Source: an uncultured Elusimicrobia bacterium | Lineage (GTDB): Bacteria > Elusimicrobiota > Elusimicrobia > 2-01-FULL-59-12 | Direction of reading: 5' to 3' | NCBI GenBank assembly: GCA_964441955.1 | Contig: CAYTWA010000004.1 | Coordinates: 82,681-146,680 of the forward strand | DNA length: 64,000 bases | Shown: positions 16,975 through 30,537 of the stretch, one piece after another | Layout of the letters: every line of letters begins with the position of its first letter | How positions within the stretch are numbered: position 1 is the stretch's first letter | Made by a program: the position numbers and the translations under genes | Notes under the pieces: model-generated | Seen by the model: only the letters and a program-made list of their open reading frames with translations | The model's database searches: none | Told to the model about the DNA's origin: nothing

Positions 16975-17859
16975 GTGAAACGAATGGCGATCGCCGGGTG
17001 GTCTGTCGTTTTGGCGTGCGGTGTTTTTGGCTGCAAGCGCCAAGTGGGGCCGGTTGTGGCCCGGGTGGGGGGGGAAACCATCACTCTGTCGGACATAAAC
17101 GAACGCCTCAAGGCCACTCCGCCTGCTTACCAACCCTACGCGCAAAGCGAACAAGGGCGCAAAGAGTTTGTCGACCTCCTGGTCCGTGAAAAAGTCCTAC
17201 TAGAGGAAGCCCGCAAGGCCGGGTTTGCGCGTGAGGCGGCTTACCGGCAGGCTGTGCGGGAGTTTAAAGCGCAGCAGGTACGCCGCTTAAAGGAATTTGA
17301 AGATACCCTCCTCATCGAAAGCTATCTTCGCAAGCTTCGCACCACCGAACTTTCCGCCACCGATACCGACGTGCAGGCTTATTTCGATGCCCACCGGGCC
17401 GACTTTGACATCCCGCTTGAAATCCAAGTCGCCCACATCCTGGTGGGGTCCCAGGAAGATGCGGGCCGAGCCATGGATCGGGTCAAAAAAGGCGAAGCTT
17501 TCGAAAAAGTAGCCGCAGAAATGTCTAAAGATGCCGCTTCCGCCGCCAAGGGGGGTAAACTTTCGCCTTTTCGCCATGGCATGCTGATGCCCGAATTTGA
17601 AGCGGCTGCCTTTCCCTTGAGCTTAGGGCAGGTTTCGGCCCCCATTCAGACCCAATTTGGATTTCATATCATCAAGAAACTCTCCGAGCGAAAGCTGCCC
17701 GCCCGGAAATTAGCCGATGCCAAAGAAGACATCCGGCGTCGCCTCGAACGAGCGAAGTTTGATGCGTGGGTGAGCAGCAAGGAAAAGGCGGCCGGCGTCA
17801 AAATCGACGAGAAAGCTTTATCGCAGTTGTCAGTGAAAGCAGCGGAGGAAACGCAATGA
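16975..17859 (+). CDS. Parvulin-type peptidyl-prolyl isomerase lipoprotein (PrsA/PpiC-like)
   Basis: Lipoprotein signal VVLACGVFGC. PpiC domain (AHILVGS...FGFHIIKK). Confidence 0.75.
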   Translation: MKRMAIAGWSVVLACGVFGCKRQVGPVVARVGGETITLSDINERLKATPPAYQPYAQSEQGRKEFVDLLVREKVLLEEARKAGFAREAAYRQAVREFKAQQVRRLKEFEDTLLIESYLRKLRTTELSATDTDVQAYFDAHRADFDIPLEIQVAHILVGSQEDAGRAMDRVKKGEAFEKVAAEMSKDAASAAKGGKLSPFRHGMLMPEFEAAAFPLSLGQVSAPIQTQFGFHIIKKLSERKLPARKLADAKEDIRRRLERAKFDAWVSSKEKAAGVKIDEKALSQLSVKAAEETQ

Positions 17860-18896
17860 AACGATTCTTGATTTTGATGCTTACCCTAGCCGGCACCGCG
17901 TCTGCCCGTGTGATGGACCGCACGCTGGCGATGGTCAATAGCGAAGCTATTTTGCTTTCTGAATTCAGCAAAAACGCCGACCCCATTTTGGACCAATTCA
18001 AAAAAGCTAGCCCGCCGGCCGAACAAACGCCGGAACGCGTGAACGACATCAAAAAGCGCATTCTAGACCAAATGATCGACGACCGCCTTTTATCCCAGGA
18101 AGCTAAGAAAAAGAACATTAAAATCAGTCAAATTGAAGTCGATGACGGCATTAAGAAAGTGCGCACGCGCTTTCCCACCGAAGATGAATTTAACAAGGAA
18201 ATGAAAGACCAGGGGATGACGCTTCAAGAATTTCGTGAGCACATCCAAAAACAATTGGCCACCATTAAATTAATCGACACCGAAGTCAAAGCCAAAGTCA
18301 CGCCCCCCACCGACAAAGAAATTGAAGAGCTCTACGGTAAAGTGGAAGCCATCGTTAAGGACAAGCCGCTACCAAGCGGGCTGACGGCGAGCGAAGTCGA
18401 TGAACTAAAAGCACTCTCCCGCGCCATTCAGGGGCGTTTTGGGGAGCGCGCCCGCGCCCGTCATATTTTGATCCGAGTCGCCCCCAGTGCCTCCACGGCG
18501 GACAAAGACGCAGCCATCAAAAAAATCAAAGACATTCAAGCCCGCCTTAAAAAAGGCGACGAATTCGCAGAGCTTGCCCGCAAAAATTCGGAAGATCCCG
18601 GGAGCCGCGACCGCGGGGGAGATTTGGGTTATTTCTCTCGGGGGGACATGGTGCCCTCGTTCGACAAAGTGGCGTTTTCGCTCAACGTAGGCGAGACGTC
18701 GGACATCGTGACCACGGACTTTGGTTACCACATCATTAAAGTGGAAGAGCGTAAGGCCGCCACTAAGATGTCACTCGATGACGTCAAAGACGACATGGCC
18801 GAATACCTTTACCAACAACGCGGTGCCAAAAAGTTCGAATCGTTCGTCAAAGAGCTGCGCAGCAAAGCCGAAATTAAAATCAACAACTTCAACTAA
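17856..18896 (+). CDS. surA: SurA-like periplasmic chaperone/PPIase
   Basis: Signal peptide MKRFLILMLTLAGTASA. SurA N-domain plus parvulin domain (ARHILIRV...DFGYHIIKV). ATGA overlap with the upstream gene; the track start 17766 lies inside the upstream gene. Confidence 0.8.
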   Translation: MKRFLILMLTLAGTASARVMDRTLAMVNSEAILLSEFSKNADPILDQFKKASPPAEQTPERVNDIKKRILDQMIDDRLLSQEAKKKNIKISQIEVDDGIKKVRTRFPTEDEFNKEMKDQGMTLQEFREHIQKQLATIKLIDTEVKAKVTPPTDKEIEELYGKVEAIVKDKPLPSGLTASEVDELKALSRAIQGRFGERARARHILIRVAPSASTADKDAAIKKIKDIQARLKKGDEFAELARKNSEDPGSRDRGGDLGYFSRGDMVPSFDKVAFSLNVGETSDIVTTDFGYHIIKVEERKAATKMSLDDVKDDMAEYLYQQRGAKKFESFVKELRSKAEIKINNFN

Positions 18897-18901
18897 GGTG
18901 T

Positions 18902-19783
18902 GTGAAACTCTCACTCGCCATCACCCGGGGCGACCCAGCCGGCATAGGACCCGAAATTGTCGCCAAAGCCTTAAAAGACCCGCGGGTTAGGCGGGTCTGC
19001 GAGCCCATCGTTTTGGGCGCGACGCAGGGTGTGGCGCCTGGCAAACCCTCGCGGGCGGGCGGGCAATCCGCTATCGCGGCTCTTCATAAAGGCCTCGCAC
19101 TTCTGCGTGCGGGCCACGTTCGTGCGCTCGTCACAGCCCCGGTGTCCAAAGAATCGTTTTCCCGCGCCGATTACGGTTTCCCTGGCCACACTGAATTTTT
19201 AGCCCACGCCGCCCGCGTGAAGGACGTCGGCATGCTCATGGTGGCAGGCCGCATGCGAGCACTCCTCATGACACGCCACATACCGCTTAAAGACGTCTCC
19301 AGACACCTGACTCCCGCTTTGATTGTTCGGTCCTCCGAGCTGGCTTATCGGTTTCTTAAAGGTCATATTCGCAAGAATCCCCGTATGGTCCTTTGTGGGA
19401 TCAACCCGCATGCGGGCGACAACGGTCTCATTGGCCGGGAAGAAAAAACGGTTTTTCGCTCTGCTTTGCGTCTGCTAAAGCCGCAAAGAAGATCGGTATC
19501 GGTGTCGGGGCCTATCGCATCGGACGCGGCGTTTCGCGAAATGGCCCAAGGTCGTTGGGACTTGGCTCTGGCCGCCTACCATGACCAGGGGATGATTCCG
19601 CTAAAAGTTTATGCGGGGCACCGCTTGGTCAACATCACGCTGGGTCTTCCTTATATAAGAACTTCTCCCGGTCACGGCACCGCCTACGACATCGCGGGGA
19701 AAAACAAAGCCGACCCTCGTCCCATGATTGAAGCAATCCTTTTAGCCGCCCGGTACGCCCGTGTCCGCTGGAGTGGAGCGTAG
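18902..19783 (+). CDS. pdxA: 4-hydroxythreonine-4-phosphate dehydrogenase PdxA
   Basis: LAITRGDPAGIGPEI, GINPHAGDNG, TSPGHGTAYDIAGK. Confidence 0.85.
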   Translation: MKLSLAITRGDPAGIGPEIVAKALKDPRVRRVCEPIVLGATQGVAPGKPSRAGGQSAIAALHKGLALLRAGHVRALVTAPVSKESFSRADYGFPGHTEFLAHAARVKDVGMLMVAGRMRALLMTRHIPLKDVSRHLTPALIVRSSELAYRFLKGHIRKNPRMVLCGINPHAGDNGLIGREEKTVFRSALRLLKPQRRSVSVSGPIASDAAFREMAQGRWDLALAAYHDQGMIPLKVYAGHRLVNITLGLPYIRTSPGHGTAYDIAGKNKADPRPMIEAILLAARYARVRWSGA

Positions 19784-19787
19784 GCGG

Positions 19788-20585
19788 ATGCGCCAGCGCC
19801 TGGGTCAGCATTTCTTAAACGATCACGCGGTCATCCAAACGATCCTTTCGGCCTCGGAGCTCTCCGCGGATGACACCGCCCTCGAAATTGGGCCGGGGAA
19901 AGGGGCCTTGACCCGAGAGCTAAAGCCCCGCGTGAAGCGACTCTTGGCCATTGAACTCGATGACGGCCTGGCGCAGTACCTACGAAAGTCCGGATTTGAG
20001 ATCGTTCATGACGATTTCCTCAAAACAAACCTTGATGCGTTAATTTCAAGGGACTTGTGGCCGATTAAAGTTTTGGGGAACTTACCGTATTCCATCACCT
20101 CGCCTATTTTTGAGAAGCTGCTGGCCTGGCCGGGCTGGCGAACGGGTGTTTTTTTAATTCAAAAGGAAGTGGCCGAGCGGATGGTAGCGCCCCATGGGTC
20201 GCGGACCTTCGGCATTTTGTCACTGGCGGTCCAATTGTTCGCGCATGCAGAAATTATCCGGCGCGTCCCGCCGGGTGCGTTCACCCCGCCCCCCGACGTT
20301 GAGTCAGCCGTCATTCGACTCCGGCGCCGCGAAACGCTTCCACTCAAGGAAACAGCCATTACTTCCTACTTTGATTTGGCTCACGCCGCTTTTGCGCACC
20401 GGCGAAAAACCTTAAGCAACAGCATGGCCCTTTATACCGGGATTTCGCGGCCTCTTGTGGTGGATTTTCTAGCTACACAAGGGGTAGATTCGGGCTTTCG
20501 AGCCGAAAATTTGGGTTCTGCCGATTACGCGAAAATGGCCGAACCCTGGTCAATTTTCCGTCGGGAAACAAAGTTGACACCCTAA
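19788..20585 (+). CDS. rsmA: 16S rRNA (adenine1518/1519-N6)-dimethyltransferase RsmA/KsgA
   Basis: GQHFL, EIGPGKGALT, NLPYSITSPI. ATG 19788 immediately follows the pdxA stop. The track ORF starts at 19761 inside pdxA. Confidence 0.9.
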   Translation: MRQRLGQHFLNDHAVIQTILSASELSADDTALEIGPGKGALTRELKPRVKRLLAIELDDGLAQYLRKSGFEIVHDDFLKTNLDALISRDLWPIKVLGNLPYSITSPIFEKLLAWPGWRTGVFLIQKEVAERMVAPHGSRTFGILSLAVQLFAHAEIIRRVPPGAFTPPPDVESAVIRLRRRETLPLKETAITSYFDLAHAAFAHRRKTLSNSMALYTGISRPLVVDFLATQGVDSGFRAENLGSADYAKMAEPWSIFRRETKLTP

Positions 20586-20652
20586 AGGGCAACGTCTAGA
20601 ATACTGGCCGCTTCAAAAATTTTCCCCAACTTTTTTTATCCGCTGGAGTGAT

Positions 20653-22035
20653 GTGATGAATGCAGCCGTTGAGTCCGTTTGGGAAGACGTTTTATCAATT
20701 CTAAGACCCCAGATGAACGATGAATCGTTCGACCTGTGGCTGCGCCCCATCAAAGCCCTCACCTTCGATTCCCAGCGCCTGACACTTCAAGTCCCCAATG
20801 CTTTTTTTGCCGATTGGCTGCGCGACCACTATCAGCCGAAAATTGAACTCATTCTTCGCGAACGCCACGGCGAGCCCATCGGCCTTTCGTTCAACGTGCT
20901 TCGGCCGGTGGAAGACCTTTTGCGAACCCACGAACCCGCCCCCGCGTTGGCCCCAAGGCCCCTGCCGCCTCCTCCACCGGCGAGTGAAACGTTTTTAAAC
21001 CCGCGCTACACGTTTGACAGCTTTGTGGTCGGTCATTCCAACCGGTTTGCTCAGGCCGCGTCTTATGCGGTCGCCAAAGATCCGGGGAAGGCGTATAACC
21101 CCTTGTTTCTATATGGCGGCGTGGGCTTAGGCAAAACCCATTTGATGCATGCCATCGGCAACCATATGCTTCAGTCCAACCCGCGGGCACGCGTGCTTTA
21201 TACGAGTTCTGAAAAATTCATCAATGAATTCATCGATTCGCTGCGTCACGAGAAAATGAACCAGTTCCGTCAAAAATACCGGAACTTAGACTGCCTGTTA
21301 ATCGACGACATCCAATTTTTGGTGAACAAAGAAAGCTCGCAAGAGGAATTCTTTTATACCTTTAACACCCTCTACGATTCCCGAAAACAGATCATCATCT
21401 GCAGCGACCGTCCGCCGAAAGAAATCCCGACTCTGCAGGAGCGTTTAATCACCCGTTTCGAGTGGGGTGTGGTCGCCGACATTCAGGCGCCGGAACTGGA
21501 AATGCGAATCGCCATCTTGAGGGAAAAAGCCGAGCAGGAAAAGCTCTTTGTGCCCGATGACGTCATTTTGTTTCTGGCCAGCCACGTCCGTAAGAATATT
21601 CGAGAGCTCGAAGGCGCGCTGATTCGCGTGGTGGCGCATTCCTCGCTCACCCACGTGCCGTTAACCGTGGATTCGACCCAGGTGGTCATGCGCGATTTAA
21701 TTGCCCGGGAAGAGGCCGCCGCGCCCGTTTCAGTGGACCGGATTCAAGAAATCGTGGCCAAGCATTACCATGTCGACCTTCAGGACATGAAATCCAAGCG
21801 CCGGACCGATGCTATCGCTTTTCCAAGGCAAATTGCCATGTACCTTGTCCGGACGCTGACCGATATGTCGACCACGCAAATCGGCGAATCGTTTGGCGGA
21901 AAAGACCACACTACCGTAATGCATGCGTCCAACAAGATTAAAAACAAACTTGAAACAGACCCATTCTTTACCGCCCTCATCAACAAAATCATCCAAGAAA
22001 TTCGTCAGGGCTCGCCGACCGGACGGCAGGGATAA
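20653..22035 (+). CDS. dnaA: Chromosomal replication initiator DnaA
   Basis: AAA+ motifs GGVGLGKTHL and LLIDDIQF. C-terminal DNA-binding domain. Confidence 0.95.
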   Translation: MMNAAVESVWEDVLSILRPQMNDESFDLWLRPIKALTFDSQRLTLQVPNAFFADWLRDHYQPKIELILRERHGEPIGLSFNVLRPVEDLLRTHEPAPALAPRPLPPPPPASETFLNPRYTFDSFVVGHSNRFAQAASYAVAKDPGKAYNPLFLYGGVGLGKTHLMHAIGNHMLQSNPRARVLYTSSEKFINEFIDSLRHEKMNQFRQKYRNLDCLLIDDIQFLVNKESSQEEFFYTFNTLYDSRKQIIICSDRPPKEIPTLQERLITRFEWGVVADIQAPELEMRIAILREKAEQEKLFVPDDVILFLASHVRKNIRELEGALIRVVAHSSLTHVPLTVDSTQVVMRDLIAREEAAAPVSVDRIQEIVAKHYHVDLQDMKSKRRTDAIAFPRQIAMYLVRTLTDMSTTQIGESFGGKDHTTVMHASNKIKNKLETDPFFTALINKIIQEIRQGSPTGRQG

Positions 22036-22264
22036 AACCGGCATAACCGCCCCGCCTTGTGGGTAAGCCCGCGGCCTGGGGATAGGTGGGATAACCTCAA
22101 CATGTTATTCAGGTTCTGTCCCGATGATGAGAGATGGGAAAAGATGTTGAAATTAAAAGTCTTTGATTGCTCCAAAAATGTTGTGCCTGTTTTCCAATGC
22201 TCTACTACGACTACGGCTGGTTTCTTTATATAGAGAGTTAAATTAGATAGACTGGATAACCTTC
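22036..22264. promoter_or_regulatory. oriC-like dnaA-dnaN spacer: DnaA-box-like 9-mers plus an AT-rich putative DUE
   Basis: GTGGGATAA (22076..22084; 8/9 to TGTGGATAA) and CTGGATAAC (22250..22258; 7/9). AT-rich block 22150..22245. Confidence 0.5.
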
Positions 22265-23370
22265 ATGCAAATCGTTTGTTCGAAGTCTGAACTTCAAAAA
22301 GGCATACAAATTGTTCAGTCGGCCGTGTCGACCAAAAGCACGCTGCCGGTCTTGTCTAACATTTTATTGGAAACGAAATCCAATCAACTAAAGCTGGCCG
22401 CGACGGATTTAGAAGTGGGGGTGCGCTGTCTAATTAAAGCGGAAGTGGTCAAAGAAGGCGCTTTAACGATTCCAGCTAAAACCTTCAGCGATTTCGTAAA
22501 AACCCTTCCGGACAATCAAGAAATTCACTTAAAGGCCGAAGATTCTTCAAAGATTGAAATTCGCGGAGGGAAGGCGCGCTGCGTTCTCTTGGGGTTGCCG
22601 AAAGAGGACTTTCCCGTTTTACCGGATTTTAAAGAAGAAAATGCGTTGGATATCGATTCTAAATTGTTAGTCGAGATGATTAAGAAAACGTCCTTTTCCG
22701 TATCGACCGATGAAACTCGCTACATTTTAAACGGAATTTGCCTAAAGCTGGAAAAGGGAGTCGCGCGAATGGTGGCGACCGACGGCCGCCGTTTGGCTTA
22801 TGTGGCGCGTACGATCAGCGATAAAAAAACGTCCGTATCTGTCATTATTCCTTCCAAAGCCGTACGTGAAATTGAACGGCTGCTAACAGTGGAAGGAAAT
22901 GAAAAGCCCGTCAAATTAAGCATCACAGAAAATCAAGTGGCATTTAAGATCGGCGAAACGGTCATTATTTCTCGCTTAATTGAAGGTAGTTTTCCAAACT
23001 ACGAGCAGGTGATCCCTAAAGCAAGCGACGTGAAAGTCCAAATTTCCACAAAAGATTTCTTGACGATGACGCAGCGCACCGCCTTGGGAAGTGGGGAACG
23101 CGGCGGCGCCGTTCGGTTTATGCTGGAAAAAGGCAAACTAAAAGCCATGGGAACGGCGCAAGGACGCGTGGAAGTGGAAGATGAGCTCCCTGTAGATTTT
23201 TCTGGAAGCAACATTGAAATTGCCTTTAACCCGCAGTTCGTTTTGGATGTGTTGAAAAATACCGATTCGAACCACGTGATGTTGGAGCTGTCAACCGCCT
23301 TAAACCCCGGTGTGATCCGTCCTGTGGGCGATGACCAAATGCTCTCGGTGATCATGCCGATGAGAACCTG

Positions 23371-23371
<1 letters not shown>
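22265..23371 (+). CDS. dnaN: DNA polymerase III beta sliding clamp
   Basis: 368 aa. Typical N-terminal MQIVCSKSEL and three-domain length. Immediately downstream of dnaA. Confidence 0.95.
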
Positions 23372-26130
<2,759 letters not shown>

Positions 26131-26131
<1 letters not shown>

Positions 26132-28638
26132 TGGCCGATACAAAACTACCCATCCCCGAAGAACCCAACGACCGCATCATCGCTCGAAACATCGAGGATG
26201 AAATGAAAACCTCGTACATCGACTACGCGATGAGCGTGATCGTAGGCCGCGCGCTGCCCGATGTCCGGGATGGTTTTAAGCCCGTCCACCGCCGCATTCT
26301 TTTTGCCATGAAAGAAATGGGGCTTACCCACCGCTCGGCCTATAAAAAATCGGCACGCGTCGTCGGGGACGTTCTGGGTAAATTCCACCCGCACGGCGAC
26401 TTGTCGGTCTACGACGCCATGGTGCGCATGGTGCAGGAATTTTCGCTGCGCTACCCCATGATCGACGGCCAGGGGAATTTTGGATCCATCGACGGCGACT
26501 CCCCCGCCGCCATGCGCTACACCGAAGTTCGCTTAGGGGCCATTGCCGACGAGGTGCTGGGCGACATCGATAAAGAAACCGTCGACTTTGGCCCCAACTA
26601 TGATGGCTCGATGGTGGAACCGCTGGTCCTACCCGCGAAGCTCCCGAATCTTTTAGTCAACGGGTCTTCGGGAATCGCCGTGGGCATGGCGACCAACATG
26701 CCGCCGCACAATTTGTCCGAAGTCTGCGATGCGATCATCGCCTACATTGAAAATCCCAACCTCACGACAGCCGAAATCATGAAGATCATGAAAGGGCCCG
26801 ATTTTCCAACCGCCGGCTTTGTTTTGGGCCGCGGCGGAATTAAAGACTATTTCGAAACGGGCCGAGGGTCGGTGGCGGTTCGCGCCAAGACAGAAATCGA
26901 GGATATCCGAAGCGGAAAGCAAGCCATCATCGTGACTGAGATCCCATATCAGGTGAACAAAACCACCCTGATTGAATCCATCGCCGATTTGGTTCGCGAT
27001 AAACGAATCGAGGACATTTCCGACATCCGCGACGAATCCGACCGCGACGGCATCCGCCTCGTCATTGAAATCAAGCGCGAAGGCAACGCCCAAATCGTTT
27101 TAAACCAGCTTTATAAACACACCTCGCTTCAAACCACCTTCGGCGTCATCATGCTGGCTTTAGTCGGCGGCCGGCCGAAAGTGATCCCGATGCGAGACAT
27201 GCTGAAATATTACGTCGAACACCGCCGCGAGGTGGTGATCCGCCGCACGCGTTTCGAGCTCGCCAAGGCCGAAGCCCGCGCTCATATTTTGGAAGGGTTA
27301 AAAATCGCGCTCGACAATTTAGACAAGATCATCAAAACGATCCGCGAATCCAAAGACACCGATACGGCCCGCATGAAGTTGATCGAGAACTTTAAGCTCT
27401 CGCGCATTCAGGCCCAAGCCATTCTAGACATGCGCCTGCAGCAGCTCACCGGGCTAGAGCGCAAAAAAATTGAAGACGAGTACGAAGAGCTCTTGAAGAC
27501 GATTGCCCGATTAAAAGGGATCTTAGCGGACCCCCGGCAGGTGCTTAACATCATTGAAACCGAGCTCTCCGAACTTAAGGAAAAATACGGCGATGAACGC
27601 CGCACCAAAATTACGGCTCCCGCGGAAGATTTGGCCATTGAAGATTTGATCGTGGAAGAAGACGTGGTGGTGACTTTCTCTCACGCCGGCTATGTGAAGC
27701 GACTGCCGGTCACCGCCTACAAAGCGCAAAAGCGCGGCGGCAAGGGCGTGACCGGGATGACCACGCGCGATGAAGATTTTGTCGAACAGTTGTTTGTGAC
27801 CAACACCCATGCTTACTTGCTGGTTTTCACCAATAAAGGCCGCGTGCACTGGACGCGCGTGTTTGAGCTTCCCGAAGCGGGGCGCGCCGCAAAAGGCAAA
27901 TCGATCGCCAATTTCATTCAACTCTCCGGTCAGGATGAAAAGATAACCGCGGCGATCCCAGTCCGGTCTTTTGAAGAAGAAGCCGCGAAAGAAACCCATC
28001 TGTTTATGTGCACCAAAGAAGGCACCGTCAAAAAGACGCCCTTGGCCGAATTCGCCAACCCGCGCCGCGGCGGCATCATTGCCATCAAGCTGGAAGACGG
28101 CGATAGTTTGATCGGCGTCAAACAAACCGACAAAAAAGCCGAAATCATTTTAAGCACCCGTGAAGGCTTGGCCATACGCTTTAAGGGAGAGGATGTGCGC
28201 CCGATTGGCCGTGCGGGCATGGGCGTACGCGGCATTCGGTTGGATAAAGGCGACGTGGTAGTCGGGATGGAAGTAGTGGATAAAAAAGACGTGCTCTTGG
28301 CCGCCACGGAAAACGGTTACGGCAAGCGCACGGAAGTCGAAGAGTACCGCTTGCAGTCCAGAGGCGGCCACGGCGTCATCAACATTAAAACGAGCGACCG
28401 CAACGGTCCCGTAATCGGCGTGCGCAAAGCCAACGATGGCGATGACATCATGCTCATGACCCAAAAAGGCATGTCGATTCGTCTGCCCGCCACGGGCGTT
28501 TCGATCATTGGCCGCAATGCTCAAGGGGTGCGTCTGGTTCGCTTGGAAGAGGGCGATAAACTCTCCGCCGTTACCCCGATGGCCAAAGAAGACGAAGAAG
28601 GCGACGACAAACAAGACGAATTACCGCTTAAGAGGTAG
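26131..28638 (+). CDS. gyrA: DNA gyrase subunit A
   Basis: Active-site region [13 protein letters not shown]-like [16 protein letters not shown]-terminal beta-pinwheel repeats. Confidence 0.97.
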
Positions 28639-28648
28639 TCGCTTAAGT

Positions 28649-28843
28649 TCACCCCGTTTCGATACAAAAATTTCGCTTAAGAAAACCTTTTTGAAGTGCC
28701 TCGTGGCATTCTGGGCAGTCAAGGATCATGTCTAAGTAGGCGCGTTTTAGGTCCTCAGGACAATCGGGGTTGATCCAAACCGGATGGCCTGCCGTTTGCA
28801 GAGTCAGAACAACTTGGCTGAACGTTTCGTTGAAAGTCGACAT
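28649..28843 (-). CDS. Small CxxC-containing hypothetical protein (64 aa)
   Basis: Strong SD (AAGGAGGAG) 6 nt before the ATG. CPEDL...CPEC motifs. Confidence 0.35.
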   Translation of the reverse strand: MSTFNETFSQVVLTLQTAGHPVWINPDCPEDLKRAYLDMILDCPECHEALQKGFLKRNFCIETG

Positions 28844-29080
28844 GGGTTTACTCCTCCTTAATGCGCCTTAGAGGAAAACCCCGAGAATTTATTCCCTTTG
28901 GGAAGGAATTAGCGTCGGGTAAAGCGGGCCGCGCGGGTGTAGCCTAACGCCACAAACCCGATGCCGATCCACATGCCGATGAGTGCGAAGAGAGTCATTT
29001 GCCAAAGAATAGCCGGACCCTGTTACGGCGCGGTGAACGCAATGTAAACTATGCGTGAACTGACATGAGTCAAGCGACCT

Positions 29081-30448
29081 ATGAATGACCAGCCTGATCT
29101 AAAGCGCGCCCTCGGGCTTTTTTCATGCACGATGTTAGTGGTCGGCAACATGATTGGCGTGGGCATCTTCACCACCCCGGGCCGTATCGCCAACCTCCTT
29201 CCAGATGCCACATGGATGATTACGGCTTGGTTGCTGGGTGCACTGCTAGCCATTGCGGGGGCGTTGTCTTACGCGGAGCTGGGTGCCATGTATCCACGTG
29301 CGGGCGGCAACTACGAGTTCCTTCGCGAATCCTACGGGCGCTTCTGGGGTTTCCTGTATGGCTGGTCGGCGGCCTTCATCACACAATCGGGAACGGTCGC
29401 TATCTTGGCCGTGGGCTTTACGAAGTATGCCGGGATCAGCGACCCCCTATGGGTGCAAATCACGGCGGTTGGTTTGATTCTTTTCTTCGGCGGACTCAAT
29501 TATTTAGGGGTGAAAGTCGGCGCCGGAGTGGTGGATGCAATTACCTCGTTGAAGGTGGCCGCCATCGTGGGGTTCGCTTTTTTGGCGACTTTCTTCGGCC
29601 AAGGCAGCTGGGCGAATTTTTTGGAACCCGGAACCACTAACGCCGAGATGGGGCGCTTCACCGCTTTGGCCATGGCTCTTATCCCGATCATGTACACCTA
29701 TAGTGGATGGAACGCGACGGTGTACGTGGGCAGCGAAGTCAAAAACCCCTCGCGCGTCATCCCGTTATCGCTCTTAGGGGGTGTGCTCCTGACGGCCTCG
29801 CTCTACATTTTGCTGAATGTCATGTATCTCTACGCAATGCCTGTCTCCGAAATGCGCGGCGTGATTGCCATTGCCCGCGAGGCGGCGGGGCGGCTGTTTC
29901 TTCCCACCACGGCTCAGCTGGTGACCTTTTTTATCGCATTTTCGGTTTTAGGTTGTTTAAACGCCACACTCCTTACGGCCCCGCGAATTCCGTACGCTAT
30001 GGCCCAGCGCGGCGACCTCTTTCCGATTTTCGGGCGCGTCCATCCGCGCTTCCAAACACCGTCGACGTCCATACTCTTTATCGTTCTGTGGGCCGTTGTG
30101 TTGGCGATTTGGGGGGGGCTGGATCACAAACATTTCTACCGTTTGCTCGATGATTATGTGACGGTGCCAAGCCTTTTAATGAACGCCTTAACGGTAAGCG
30201 CCCTTTTCTATCTGCGGAAATCCAAGCCCGACCTCCCGCGTCCCTATAAAGCGTGGGGTTATCCCGTTTTGCCTTTGGCCTTTATCGCCGTCGTTCTTTT
30301 TATGGTTACGCGTGAATTAACCCATGACCCTATCGCCGCCGCCAGCGGCATCACCATGGTGGCCGCCGGGGCCTTTTTCTATCCGCTTTTTAGGTCCTCA
30401 AGCGGATTGGATCCCCATCGGAAATCCACGCAAGATCGCAGCGACTGA
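29081..30448 (+). CDS. APC-family amino acid permease
   Basis: 12 predicted TM segments. N-terminal GxG motif LFSCTMLVVGNMIGVGIFTTPG. Confidence 0.85.
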   Translation: MNDQPDLKRALGLFSCTMLVVGNMIGVGIFTTPGRIANLLPDATWMITAWLLGALLAIAGALSYAELGAMYPRAGGNYEFLRESYGRFWGFLYGWSAAFITQSGTVAILAVGFTKYAGISDPLWVQITAVGLILFFGGLNYLGVKVGAGVVDAITSLKVAAIVGFAFLATFFGQGSWANFLEPGTTNAEMGRFTALAMALIPIMYTYSGWNATVYVGSEVKNPSRVIPLSLLGGVLLTASLYILLNVMYLYAMPVSEMRGVIAIAREAAGRLFLPTTAQLVTFFIAFSVLGCLNATLLTAPRIPYAMAQRGDLFPIFGRVHPRFQTPSTSILFIVLWAVVLAIWGGLDHKHFYRLLDDYVTVPSLLMNALTVSALFYLRKSKPDLPRPYKAWGYPVLPLAFIAVVLFMVTRELTHDPIAAASGITMVAAGAFFYPLFRSSSGLDPHRKSTQDRSD

Positions 30449-30537
30449 CACCAAGGACAAAATGCTCTGTCCCTTTTGAGCCCCTTCGTTTCTCCGCTGG
30501 GTCAGACCCCAATTTCCAATCGCTATAATTCAGTTCG

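Noticed and set aside
28909-28998. 29-codon hydrophobic minus-strand ORF (MTLFALIGMWIGIGFVALGYTRAARFTRR)
   Set aside because: No convincing RBS and no conservation evidence. It could be a small membrane peptide but is unsupported.
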